A stretch of 36,272 bases of DNA from a virus (taxonomy: Duplodnaviria > Caudoviricetes): positions 1 through 36,272 of the IMG/VR virus record IMGVR_UViG_3300032258_000006; one strand, written 5' to 3'. A program made the position numbers and the translations under genes. Every line of letters starts with the position of its first letter. Position 1 is the stretch's first letter. Shown here in pieces: positions 6,886 through 16,658 of this stretch. Under the pieces are notes generated by a model. That model did not search any database. It was not told the DNA's origin and worked only from the letters and a program-made list of their open reading frames with translations.

Positions 6886-7257
6886 ATGGGAGATAGAAAA
6901 ACAGATGTAGTAGAGTTCATCGGTGAATGTAATGCCGGAATATTAATCGAAAAGCTTAGCCTTGCCTTAAGTGAGGCGGCAATAGCTCAAATTAATCATG
7001 GGGCTGGAAGCAAGCGCGCCAAGGTATCGTTGGAGTTTACCTTTCAGCAGATGGGCGACAATGAGCAGGTCATTGTATCTCACAAGCTTTCAACCAGCAC
7101 GCCAACTAAGCGCGGTAAGAAGGCCGAAGAGGATGTAACTGATACTGCCTTCTTCGTTGGCAAGGGTGGCGTGTTAAGTATTGGGCCGCCAGAAGAGGAG
7201 GAAACCGGTCAGTTTAACCTAGGTCGGGATCGTGACCGCGTTACACCGATAAAATAA
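6886..7257 (+). CDS. yfdP: YfdP-like prophage protein
   Basis: TDV.EFIGE...KVSL...HKL...PTKRGK..EED.T.T resembles E. coli CPS-53 YfdP; adjacent to YfdQ-like gene. Confidence 0.75.
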   Translation: MGDRKTDVVEFIGECNAGILIEKLSLALSEAAIAQINHGAGSKRAKVSLEFTFQQMGDNEQVIVSHKLSTSTPTKRGKKAEEDVTDTAFFVGKGGVLSIGPPEEEETGQFNLGRDRDRVTPIK

Positions 7258-7316
7258 TCAAACAGCCGGTGTGATAACCGGCACAACCTAAAGCAAACAA
7301 CAAGAGAGAAATTACC

Positions 7317-8138
7317 ATGTCATTAACAGTAGATGCAATCCAAGAGCTTAAAAAAGATCAACTTTTAGAGCGTGTAAATGTAGAGCTTTCGGCGGTAGAT
7401 ACGCTGGTGCCACTAATCGCCCTGCCAAATGGTATTGATCTGATAAGCATTGAGGGCTATATGCCTAACCGTGCTTCGTATCGCTTCACATTTAAGACCA
7501 AATCAATAGGTGATTTCGTTGAATACAGTGAGGAGTTTGAGCAAGAAGGTTCCAAGTGCTTTGTCGATTCCGATGAGATGTGTGCGCGAACAATCCTTGA
7601 TCTTGGAACGGAAATTAACCCGCTTCATCAGTCGCACAAGTCCATCTTGCAGCTAGATAAGACTGCAGCATTCAAGGCTATGCTGCGTGTAGATGGCATA
7701 AAGCTGGCCCAAAAGGACGCTTCAAACTTCCTTGATGACTGGGCGGATTGTTTGGAGGTGCATTCTCAGGATGGCTCAAGCATGACCATTCACCAGGCAT
7801 CAAAGCGGCTTCGTGAAATCACCATTGAGCAAAAAGCCAGCATTGATAGCAAGGTTGGCGACTTCGGCGCAAGCATGAGCTCATTTGAAAAGATAGAGGC
7901 CAAGGGTCAGGAAATGATACCGGCCACCATGATTTTCACTTGCAACCCATACCATGGTCTGGCTGAAAGAGCGTTCTTGCTGCGAGTGTCAATATTAACT
8001 GGTGAGGCAAAGCCAGCAATAACCCTTCGTATTATCAAGCTAGAGACTCAAAACGAGGCCATAGCCGAAGAGTTTAAGCAGATTCTTACTGATGGGTTTG
8101 CATCATCTGAAATAAAAACCTTTATCGGCGAAGGCTAA
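7317..8138 (+). CDS. yfdQ: YfdQ / DUF2303 family protein
   Basis: 273 aa, C.PY.GL..R.F.LR motif, yfdP-yfdQ synteny. Confidence 0.82.
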   Translation: MSLTVDAIQELKKDQLLERVNVELSAVDTLVPLIALPNGIDLISIEGYMPNRASYRFTFKTKSIGDFVEYSEEFEQEGSKCFVDSDEMCARTILDLGTEINPLHQSHKSILQLDKTAAFKAMLRVDGIKLAQKDASNFLDDWADCLEVHSQDGSSMTIHQASKRLREITIEQKASIDSKVGDFGASMSSFEKIEAKGQEMIPATMIFTCNPYHGLAERAFLLRVSILTGEAKPAITLRIIKLETQNEAIAEEFKQILTDGFASSEIKTFIGEG

Positions 8139-8183
8139 ACAGCATTAGGCCCGTTTAATTACGGGCCTATAGGAGTAAGCAAC

Positions 8184-8273
8184 GTGATCAATAAATTAAT
8201 TCTACCATTCGACACTGAAACTACTGGTATTCCAAACTGGAAAATACCATCTTACACCTCAACTTGGCATTGA
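8184..8273 (+). pseudogene. Truncated DEDDh 3'-5' exonuclease (N-terminal stub)
   Basis: AGGAG RBS + GTG gives MINKLILPFDTETTGIPNWKIPS (ExoI motif DTETTG), then stop after 29 aa. Confidence 0.75.
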
Positions 8274-8280
8274 GGTGTGA
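8253..8280. terminator. Hairpin at convergence of recombination operon and tail fibre gene
   Basis: tacacctcaa cttggca ttgaggtgtg stem-loop. Confidence 0.55.
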
Positions 8281-8286
8281 TAAATA

Positions 8287-10710
8287 TTACTCATTTGCAA
8301 TGTAAGTTGCAGAGAATCTTATGAGATTTGCATTAGCTCCTGTCCCCGCATTTGTGTATGGTAAGGTAGCCGTTGCACCATTTGCAGTAGCCCTATATAA
8401 AAGATAAAACTGTGATGTCCCACCAAGAATATAAGCATCACACGGGTGATTTGTCGACCATGATGATGATGTAGCAATATTAACCCCTGAATATCCATCA
8501 TTTGACGATCCGGTATTTGAATCAGCCTGGAACGGAAGTCCTATTATTCTTAGGTTTCCTGCAGCCGAACCAACAGTAATAGAGTCTGTTCTTAATGCAC
8601 CTTGGATATGCACAAGTTTTCCAACCTTGACATATTTTCCGCCCGTCAAGGCGTCATAAGTTACCGAATCAAAATCTGTCCCATCCGCCTCAAGGACTGG
8701 TGTCCATGTGCCCTCTTCATAATCGTCTAGAACATTAGCATCAGTTGACTTAAAGGTATTATCGAAATCAACGCCAGTAATAGCGCGGTTTTGTGACCAT
8801 TGGCTACTTGTGCTAATAGCCGACCCCGTCTCGTCCTCGGTAAAAATACCATCGATTATAGTGGAGCCATCACAGTCCTTAACTTTCATCACCGCAACAC
8901 CACCGGCAACATTCAGCCTAAATGGTTTATTTGATGCGTTTATGGTTGGGTATGTTGTACCGTGACCGAAAGCCCTATCAATATAGCATGTGCCTTTATC
9001 TGCTATCACGGCCCTGCTAGCGTTTGAGGCTCCGAAGTGATTCATACCTGTAATTCTTACGGCGCTGGATGATGTGGCGGCATTTACATATACATGAGCA
9101 AGTACCGGCCCTTCTACCCACACATTTTCAAGCACATTTTCAGAAAACGATTGAGCAGTTATCTCGATGTTATAGCCAATATTATCACCAGCAGCCCAGT
9201 AGTTGGTTTCATACGATCCGCCTATCACTCTCGTGCCATTTGCAAGCCCTTTTATCAACAGACCAGCGGCGTCATTTCTAAACGCATGACAATTGACCAA
9301 CATATTTTGGTTGGATGGGAAAGTGGATGGGGTTAGATCACCCCAGAATTGAATGCCCTCATCAATAACAAATCCAGCGCCTACATTGTTACCTGAAACG
9401 CAGCTTTCGGCCTTAACCAGTAGAGCCTGTCTTAACACTATTCCGTGACTACCGCACTGGAAAACAGACAGATTCTCAAGTTTGCAATCAAACATTCTAA
9501 GCGTGTCAATGCCGATCTGGCTAGTCTTTGTTAGATCGCCTTGTACCGCGAAATTAGCAAGCCTTATACCTGTTTTATTGTACGTTCCAAAGCCGCTTGT
9601 TACTTTGTTTCTAATGATGGCACCATCGAAGGTAGATCTAAATATGGTGGATGTTTTGCCGGAACCAACCAAGCTGACAGTTTCAGGCACTTCTATCTGT
9701 GTAATATCAAGAAATCCAGATGGAGCCGTAACAGTCGCACCGCCACTTTCACCAAAAATTGAGTTGTTAGCATCTGTAGAGCCGGTTATCAGTGTTAGAT
9801 TTCTAGCTGATTCCATAGCATTTTGCACGCCATTAGTATAATCAGCAGCAGCAAAAGTATGATGACGTAAAACATGGTGGTAAGGGTAAGATGTATTTGT
9901 GACGCCGATTTCCCAATCTGGATTAACCGGGTAATATGTAACAATAGAGCCATCAGAGCCTAGTGATTGTATGGTTAGCGAAGCTGATGTCATGCTTGCA
10001 TGCACTGTTGAAGCTGCATTTGATGTATCACGCACATTTTCAACAACAACATCGGTATGAGTAGAGAAAGAAAAATAGCTTATGGTGGCGTAACGATCAC
10101 CGCCTCCTGACATCTTTACTATCATCCCAATTGACAATTCAGAGGTTCTATCTACATTTTCATAGCGATATGATGTATCGGTAAGCTTAACCGCCACTGA
10201 TGAATCTTGATATAGACCTGGAAACCCCGCAAGTATGGATGGAAGGAGTGAATTCACAAGTCTACCCGATTGGTTCCATACCATGGCCTGCCCTTCCGCT
10301 GGCGATGGAAGAACATTAAGATCAGGCGCTCTAGACTCCGTATTAATAAATTGTAAGCCACGATAATTTAGATTTCTCTCAATTTCTTGAGCCTTAAGCC
10401 ACAGCCTATCGATATCCTCGTTAACCGTAAGCGCCCTGAAATCACCAGAATTCTGATAATCGATAACCCGTGTTGTTGGCATTTCTCTCAAAAGAAGAAC
10501 AACCGAACCATTAACCGGGTTGGTTGAAAAGGTTACGCTACCGCCGCCATTATCACCAACACCGGAAACAGTGAACCCCGAAGTCTGTATTACAGTATCA
10601 ACATACAACCCCAACTCACTTTCATCATCAATTCTGAATTCATAAGCGAAAACGGCGGTTGATCCATTCGCTACATGGGTGCTAATGGGTGTTTCAGCTG
10701 GTACTGTCAT
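8287..10710 (-). CDS. Tail fibre/spike with T7 gp17-like N-terminal anchor and beta-helix domain
   Basis: ANGSTAVFAYEF...LNED.DRLW-type anchor, pectate-lyase-like repeats, LDDYEEGTWTP C-terminal motif; start trimmed to ATG 10710. Confidence 0.88.
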   Translation of the reverse strand: MTVPAETPISTHVANGSTAVFAYEFRIDDESELGLYVDTVIQTSGFTVSGVGDNGGGSVTFSTNPVNGSVVLLLREMPTTRVIDYQNSGDFRALTVNEDIDRLWLKAQEIERNLNYRGLQFINTESRAPDLNVLPSPAEGQAMVWNQSGRLVNSLLPSILAGFPGLYQDSSVAVKLTDTSYRYENVDRTSELSIGMIVKMSGGGDRYATISYFSFSTHTDVVVENVRDTSNAASTVHASMTSASLTIQSLGSDGSIVTYYPVNPDWEIGVTNTSYPYHHVLRHHTFAAADYTNGVQNAMESARNLTLITGSTDANNSIFGESGGATVTAPSGFLDITQIEVPETVSLVGSGKTSTIFRSTFDGAIIRNKVTSGFGTYNKTGIRLANFAVQGDLTKTSQIGIDTLRMFDCKLENLSVFQCGSHGIVLRQALLVKAESCVSGNNVGAGFVIDEGIQFWGDLTPSTFPSNQNMLVNCHAFRNDAAGLLIKGLANGTRVIGGSYETNYWAAGDNIGYNIEITAQSFSENVLENVWVEGPVLAHVYVNAATSSSAVRITGMNHFGASNASRAVIADKGTCYIDRAFGHGTTYPTINASNKPFRLNVAGGVAVMKVKDCDGSTIIDGIFTEDETGSAISTSSQWSQNRAITGVDFDNTFKSTDANVLDDYEEGTWTPVLEADGTDFDSVTYDALTGGKYVKVGKLVHIQGALRTDSITVGSAAGNLRIIGLPFQADSNTGSSNDGYSGVNIATSSSWSTNHPCDAYILGGTSQFYLLYRATANGATATLPYTNAGTGANANLIRFSATYIANE

Positions 10711-12313
10711 AATCTGTCTCCACTTCAAAGGTTCCGTGATCTGGTCGCCAGTTATCACGCGTATTATCGGCGGTATCCCCGCCCTTTCCTATTCTAATCG
10801 GTGTTGCTGTAATGGCACCCGCTCCACTATCCAGGTGGCCGTCTGGTTGCTCTATCACTTTCGGGTTCCATTCCGTCATTTCATCCCACAAAGCACCATC
10901 TAACACATCAACATGCGCCCAAAGGAAACCAGAATCTAAAGGGGCCTCCCATGCGTCTAGAATGCGCTTGTTTTTATTCTTTGTCTCGTGGTTCTCACCA
11001 ACACCACAACCCGTACCTTTCAAGTGATTGCGCAAAATATGAGGAACATGAGTACCAACACCATTGGTTTCAACATCAACCCGTGGTAATTGGTATTTTT
11101 TCACATATTTTTTAACCTCTCTGCACTGCTCATCGATATTACCAAGTAAGCCAATACAAACCTGAAGGTAGAGCCGCCCTTTTTCATCGGTAAGCACCAC
11201 AGAAAAAGCACTTGTATCGTTATTGATCTTGCCTGATGCACAATCCCACTTAGTAGCCGCGCCCACAATCTGTACATTACCAAGCCACATTGTAACTTTT
11301 CTGTTTGTGTGGCGTATTACCGGTGCAACGTCATACGGTATTATCTTCTCAGGGTTAAGCCTGATATCTTGTATTGGCTTGGCGTGTAATTGGTATTGAC
11401 TATCCCATTCATTGAATGTTGTGCACTCCTTACGCCTCCACTCCATTTCTTCATGGTCGAATCTTTCAGGCCATGCGCTATCTGCGTATAAATCAACCGT
11501 TGCTCCTGGTGGCTTGGTGAAAATTATATCATTTCCATCAAGCACATAGTCTGGACCTTCTTTTGCTACCCAGCTATATTCACCAATGCCAACAAATACA
11601 AATTCCGGTGAAAACTTACATGAAAACCTTGTTTTAGTTGCTACATTATCTTCAAATCGCTGTTCTAAACCATACATCCTGATTGTTAGATCTTCAGCAC
11701 CCGCTTTTATCTTTTCATCATATATCGATTTATGGCTGTGAGGTGTGCCTATGAAATCCTTTTGCGCACCTGGTACTGCAATGTGTATTTGCTCACTCAG
11801 CCGGTGGCGCACCTTTTCCCGCGCTTCTGGAGTTGATACGTTCTTCTGAACCTCCACATCATCATTCTGTATGTAATCAGCACGTGATGATGTTATATTT
11901 TTAAGTATGCCTGCCGCTTGCATTCCAGGGTTTCTCGGGTCTTTTTCATAGCCCTCCTTTGTCCACCAGAATTCTACTTGGCCGCTTAGATTAGGCCCGA
12001 TAGAGTCCCTCGTTAGCGGGTGTTTCTCAAGTATGTTCTTTGTATCTCGTGATGCTTTATAGGCGGTTTTATCATCAGCGCCTTGGTGTAATATCTGCCT
12101 TTTTGGATTGCGGTAGTAAAGCCACGCATTATAAACACCTAATATCGTTGATTTTCCGCAACCACGAAAAACACGTAGGACACGAATACGAGAACCACAA
12201 AACTCAAGAAAATGACAAATAGCAATGTGAATGTCAGGCACTTCCCAGCCTTGGAAATCAGCCCATAACAGAAAGAACACTGCAAATGATACCTTCTTCT
12301 TTTCACGTGGCAT
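10694..12313 (-). CDS. terL: Terminase large subunit
   Basis: FRGCGKST Walker A, NDDVE Walker B, GTPH, RNase H-like C-terminal domain (VETNGVG, PDGHLDS). Confidence 0.93.
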   Translation of the reverse strand: MPREKKKVSFAVFFLLWADFQGWEVPDIHIAICHFLEFCGSRIRVLRVFRGCGKSTILGVYNAWLYYRNPKRQILHQGADDKTAYKASRDTKNILEKHPLTRDSIGPNLSGQVEFWWTKEGYEKDPRNPGMQAAGILKNITSSRADYIQNDDVEVQKNVSTPEAREKVRHRLSEQIHIAVPGAQKDFIGTPHSHKSIYDEKIKAGAEDLTIRMYGLEQRFEDNVATKTRFSCKFSPEFVFVGIGEYSWVAKEGPDYVLDGNDIIFTKPPGATVDLYADSAWPERFDHEEMEWRRKECTTFNEWDSQYQLHAKPIQDIRLNPEKIIPYDVAPVIRHTNRKVTMWLGNVQIVGAATKWDCASGKINNDTSAFSVVLTDEKGRLYLQVCIGLLGNIDEQCREVKKYVKKYQLPRVDVETNGVGTHVPHILRNHLKGTGCGVGENHETKNKNKRILDAWEAPLDSGFLWAHVDVLDGALWDEMTEWNPKVIEQPDGHLDSGAGAITATPIRIGKGGDTADNTRDNWRPDHGTFEVETDYDSTS

Positions 12314-12319
12314 TCACTT

Positions 12320-12658
12320 CTACTTTACTACTTTCATTTTTTTACGCTGCTCGAAGCGCTTCAATTGTTCACTCGCGGCTTTTTCGTGCCTGGCTATGTC
12401 CTTGTCTAAATTATCATCCTCTTGAGTGTTACCGTCATCAGGCACCCCTTTAACGCCAAAGGAATCAATCTTGTTGATCAAGGTAAGCGTGGCCGCTGCA
12501 TTCTTCTTGCACCAATAGCGGTCGCCTCGCTCCTCCTTAGTCATATCCATTGGCAAAACATCCTTTCCTGGCCAATTATCGGGATCAGCTTCGATCAAAA
12601 CAGAATCAATAAGCTTGTCTTGTAGATCCTGCAGAAGCTTAATTTGATCTTGACGCAT
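12320..12658 (-). CDS. Probable terminase small subunit
   Basis: Immediately upstream of terL; EADP..WPG...RGDRYWCKKNAAAT motif. Confidence 0.65.
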   Translation of the reverse strand: MRQDQIKLLQDLQDKLIDSVLIEADPDNWPGKDVLPMDMTKEERGDRYWCKKNAAATLTLINKIDSFGVKGVPDDGNTQEDDNLDKDIARHEKAASEQLKRFEQRKKMKVVK

Positions 12659-12669
12659 AAACCACCCCT

Positions 12670-14991
12670 TTAATCTGGTATTGCCGCACCCATATCAGGT
12701 GCGCGCTGTGGTGCTATGTCTCCAGGCTTCCACCAATATTCCTGGCCATACTCACTTGAACGCTTTCTCATTTGCCGATGGAATTTTGATTGAGCGTCTG
12801 GATCCGCCAGTAACTCCATTTGATCAAAGAAGGCGTTGCTAATAAGGTAGGTTTGCCACACATCTGGCGTATACCTATCTAGAATTTTAACCGACTCACC
12901 TAGTATATTTGTTTCTTCACCTTGCACGGCTTCACGAATATTGCCAAGTGTGAATTTAGCTGTAGTATCTAGCAGCTCACCAACTGGACCAGTAAATGTT
13001 TGAGTAAGGCCACCACCGAATCTATTCACATCTGAAAAAATAAAGTCACCAAAAATGCCCAGACCGCCACCCTGTAGCATTGATGCCCCCAGGAATTTAA
13101 GATCCATTTCTCTCGGGTCTCTCCCTGCTGTGATATCCTTCATCTGCAAGGATATTCCACCTAAAATTGTCGTAGTGGCCAATATAGCGCCAATATACAC
13201 GAGCCTATCCGCTGCTGTTGCTTGATAGGCCGCTCTATAGAAGTGGGTCATGATGATAGTAGCGGGAAACGATTTAAACATCATTGATGAGCGCCATACT
13301 TGACCATCAATGGTTGCGCGCCCTGTACCGCCGTTCATTATAGCTCGAACCTTGGCATCTGGTGTTGGTACTGCAAAATCTGTCTCACTCATTACCATCT
13401 GGTGAAACTTTTCACTGCCAGGTTGAGTCATATCAGCAAATTTAACGCCTTTATGCTCCAGTGTCTTGCTTGCGCTAAAATGCGTCCAATCATCTGGAGT
13501 TATCCCGTACTCATCAAAAGCGCGCAACAAATCCTTGTCAAGGCTGCTGTATTTCTTGCTGAAGTTCTCGGCAAGCAGCGCGCCAAACTCCATGCCAAAC
13601 CCCTTCCGCCCTGCATGAGTCCAAGGCTCAAGAAGAGAGGCCCGCATAACGCCCTCTGCAACCTTCGCGGTTGGCCCGCTTCCATAAGTATCTGCATGTC
13701 TATTGGCAGCGTGCATTCTACCCGTCATAGCATCACCAACAAGACCCATTTTAACGGCGAAAACTTGAGACTCTTCATTGGTCATCAGGCTCATATGCCT
13801 TTTAAGCACCTTCAGCGCTGGTATGGTGTTTCGCTTTGAGGTAACAACCTGAAACCCAACATCGGACACCGCAGACAAGAATGCCCGACCAAGTGTTGAA
13901 GCAACAATTACATTTCTTACACTTTGACCAATATCAGAAACGGTGGTCATATCACCCTCGTTAACCTTTCCGCTAATATTGGCGTAAACGCCTTTAGCAA
14001 ACCATTTCTTGTGACCGGCAAGACCGCCCATGTCCTTCTCAGCCATTCCAAGCAATGATTTAAACGTAGCGTCAGGGGATGGGCCGAATATTTCCATCAG
14101 TGCGTTGTCATGGCTCATCATGTCAATATGATCAGTTAACGTACCAAAAACATCACCCCGCCCGAAATCTCTTTGATACTCCATCCAGCTCTCAGCATCC
14201 TTGAAATATAGAAATCTTCTATCACTATTTTTACGGGCTAGTTTTTTACCAAGGCGTGGAACCGTTAAATCTTTAACCTTATTAAGGCCGTGAGTTGTAA
14301 TACTGTCGTAGGTATAATCAAGCGCCTCATCTAACTGCTTGCCGGTTAACGGATTGCCAGCATCATCAAGCATCTGACCTAAATCGAGCTTTGGCGTTAT
14401 TCTCTTCTTCCACTCATCAAGGCCTATTTTAGCAATGGCCCTTGCGTCATGGTGTTGCGGCATTAAATAGCGCTGATTATTCCCTATTGATCCACCACGG
14501 GCGTTAAAGTCTTTTCTCATGCGCTCATTAAGGGAAAGCCAATCTTTGGCAAACTCCATCAATTGAGGGTCATCTACCTTTTCACCATAGATAGCCTTAG
14601 CGAACAATTGCAAATCATCTTGGTTTTGATAAAAGCCTAAAGCACGAGTTCTAAAGCGCTGCAACATGTCAGCTACTTCAGCGTGATATTGCCCCGCGTA
14701 ATATTTTTGTAGGTATTCAACATTTGCATAGCCAGATTTTCCGGTTCGATCCTTAGACATTAGAGAAAGCAGCCCTTCATAAGCGCCTTCTGGGTGACTC
14801 TCTGCTTTTGCCCATGCCTCAGATAGCCTAACCGCCTGAATCACTGTCTCACGCTTCTGCCTGCTTAACTGAGCAACTATACTAGTTAACTCAGCATCAA
14901 CATCATCAGCAGCCTTTAGGCGCTCGGCAACGTCCTTAGTGATCTTCCCAGCCTTTTGAGCTTGGGTTATGCAAACATCGAAACTAGCCAA
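12670..14991 (-). CDS. Internal virion (ejection) protein
   Basis: Large helical protein with GGGLGIFGDF segment; T7 gp16-like position; TTG start with GGAG. Confidence 0.75.
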   Translation of the reverse strand: MASFDVCITQAQKAGKITKDVAERLKAADDVDAELTSIVAQLSRQKRETVIQAVRLSEAWAKAESHPEGAYEGLLSLMSKDRTGKSGYANVEYLQKYYAGQYHAEVADMLQRFRTRALGFYQNQDDLQLFAKAIYGEKVDDPQLMEFAKDWLSLNERMRKDFNARGGSIGNNQRYLMPQHHDARAIAKIGLDEWKKRITPKLDLGQMLDDAGNPLTGKQLDEALDYTYDSITTHGLNKVKDLTVPRLGKKLARKNSDRRFLYFKDAESWMEYQRDFGRGDVFGTLTDHIDMMSHDNALMEIFGPSPDATFKSLLGMAEKDMGGLAGHKKWFAKGVYANISGKVNEGDMTTVSDIGQSVRNVIVASTLGRAFLSAVSDVGFQVVTSKRNTIPALKVLKRHMSLMTNEESQVFAVKMGLVGDAMTGRMHAANRHADTYGSGPTAKVAEGVMRASLLEPWTHAGRKGFGMEFGALLAENFSKKYSSLDKDLLRAFDEYGITPDDWTHFSASKTLEHKGVKFADMTQPGSEKFHQMVMSETDFAVPTPDAKVRAIMNGGTGRATIDGQVWRSSMMFKSFPATIIMTHFYRAAYQATAADRLVYIGAILATTTILGGISLQMKDITAGRDPREMDLKFLGASMLQGGGLGIFGDFIFSDVNRFGGGLTQTFTGPVGELLDTTAKFTLGNIREAVQGEETNILGESVKILDRYTPDVWQTYLISNAFFDQMELLADPDAQSKFHRQMRKRSSEYGQEYWWKPGDIAPQRAPDMGAAIPD

Positions 14992-15121
14992 GGAAGACTA
15001 CTCCAACCTGTAGAAGCAGAGTAGATATAAAAACAAAGCCAAGTATCGCCCACTTGCGGTTTATCTTCTTATCATGCGCGGCTTTCATCTGCCCTACTTC
15101 TCTATAGAAATCAGACCACAT
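14984..15121 (-). CDS. Small membrane protein (45 aa, not in ORF track)
   Basis: MWSDFYREVGQMKAAHDKKINRKWAILGFVFISTLLLQVGVVFLG fills the gap between ejection genes. Confidence 0.5.
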   Translation of the reverse strand: MWSDFYREVGQMKAAHDKKINRKWAILGFVFISTLLLQVGVVFLG

Positions 15122-15134
15122 TTCCTGCGTTTCC

Positions 15135-16658
15135 TTATCCATATATACACCTCAACACATCATCTAAACCTTGAATCTCTTCATCGTATGACTTAACCAG
15201 CGCCGCAGCATCTACAGCCTCGCCATCAACATCCATTACTTTATTGTCCAGCCGGTTAAACTTAGCCATATCCTCATTATAGACTTCATCTAGCCCTTGC
15301 GCCTTAAGAATGTCATGCTCTCTTTGTGACGCGGTTGAGACCGGTGCTTTTGGCTTGACCTGTTGAGCGGGTGGCGGCTCATAAATCGATTTATCTTTGG
15401 ATGGTGGCGCGTACTGCTTGGCGCGGTTATCCATTTCTTTTAGGTATTCAATATCGTTTTTAACTTGCTGCGCGTGAATGTCAGTGGAAACTTGCTTTAT
15501 ATCAACGGCATCAACTGCTTTCATTCTGTCACCGGCAGGCTTTAAGGCGTTAAACTCCTTAAACATTTCTCCTTGATGAATGCCTTTAGCCTTCATCGCC
15601 TTGTATGCCTCAGCCGGAATGAAAACGGCCTTTATCTTAACGCCGTCACGCTTTGCTATTTCTGCGCGGTGATGGCCGTCTAATATTTTCAACCCACCTT
15701 CGTCCTGCACCGCAACAATGGGCTTGCTTGAATCGCCCTTGTAACTTGATATATCCTTTCCATGCTCTGTTTTTACTAGTATATGCGGGTCAACCTCGTA
15801 TAAGTACGGGTTCTTTTCACTTACCTTTTTAATTGAGTCCTCGTTGAAAATGATCTTCTCAGAGCCTTTCAATGTATCCTCTTGACGCTGCAAAGACTCC
15901 TTAGCGGTTTTTAGCTCAGGTGTTTCTGGCAACTCATCAGCCGTTTCTCTAACTTTTCGCAGCCAACCAGAAAGACCACCGGTTACACCACCGATAACAC
16001 CAGCACCAGTGGCGGCCATGGCAACATTAGCCAAAGCATCTCCCGCTGAGTAAGGGGAGTCTATCTCTTGTTTGTGCTGGTAAACGAACGCCTGAATACC
16101 TATCTCAGTAGCACCGCCAATAACAGCGGCATTTCTAGCGGTTAGCGCGGCACGGCCAATAATACTAATTGCCTTTGCTGTTACGGCAGGCGTGGCAATG
16201 CCCACGGTGAGAATATTTACAGGGTCAAGCATGTAGCCATTCATTGCCCCAAGAAATTGAGCGGTACCGGAACCACGAGAAATAACCTCTTGTGAATAAT
16301 CACGGCGGCTTTTCAGCAGTGCATTACGCTCGGTTGTTAGCTGGTCATCTGTTTTTATGTCGTCGCGCTTAAGGTCGCCAGCCACTTTATTGTAATCAAT
16401 AGCCTTGAACCCTGAGCGCGGCCTATACTGATCGACATTATCAAGCTCGCCAGACTCAACCATTTTATCAATAATAGCTTTTCGCTGAGACCAGCCCTCA
16501 CGATTTAACGATGTGGATATTGAAAGCTCTTCATCGATAACATAACCAAGAGAGGCATCGAATACTTCACTGAATTCGGCTTCCTGCATTTTTTGGTGAT
16601 CATATGGCGTGAAATTATCAAGCACCTCACTTTGTGATGATTTATTAATTAAAGGCAT
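15135..16658 (-). CDS. Internal virion protein with inserted ParB/Srx-like domain
   Basis: Gly/Ala-rich hydrophobic helices (DPVNIL...) plus PIVAV...ILDGHHR motif. Confidence 0.72.
   Translation of the reverse strand: MPLINKSSQSEVLDNFTPYDHQKMQEAEFSEVFDASLGYVIDEELSISTSLNREGWSQRKAIIDKMVESGELDNVDQYRPRSGFKAIDYNKVAGDLKRDDIKTDDQLTTERNALLKSRRDYSQEVISRGSGTAQFLGAMNGYMLDPVNILTVGIATPAVTAKAISIIGRAALTARNAAVIGGATEIGIQAFVYQHKQEIDSPYSAGDALANVAMAATGAGVIGGVTGGLSGWLRKVRETADELPETPELKTAKESLQRQEDTLKGSEKIIFNEDSIKKVSEKNPYLYEVDPHILVKTEHGKDISSYKGDSSKPIVAVQDEGGLKILDGHHRAEIAKRDGVKIKAVFIPAEAYKAMKAKGIHQGEMFKEFNALKPAGDRMKAVDAVDIKQVSTDIHAQQVKNDIEYLKEMDNRAKQYAPPSKDKSIYEPPPAQQVKPKAPVSTASQREHDILKAQGLDEVYNEDMAKFNRLDNKVMDVDGEAVDAAALVKSYDEEIQGLDDVLRCIYG

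Noticed and set aside
6847-7281. Similar hairpins upstream of yfdP and yfdQ (gcggtgtaacagccgc; gccggtgtgataaccggc) as att sites
   Set aside because: Short simple stem-loops without R/L boxes; probably mRNA stability or processing elements.
8287-10710. BPP-1-like diversity-generating retroelement acting on the tail fibre
   Set aside because: No reverse transcriptase and no TR/VR repeat pair noticed.
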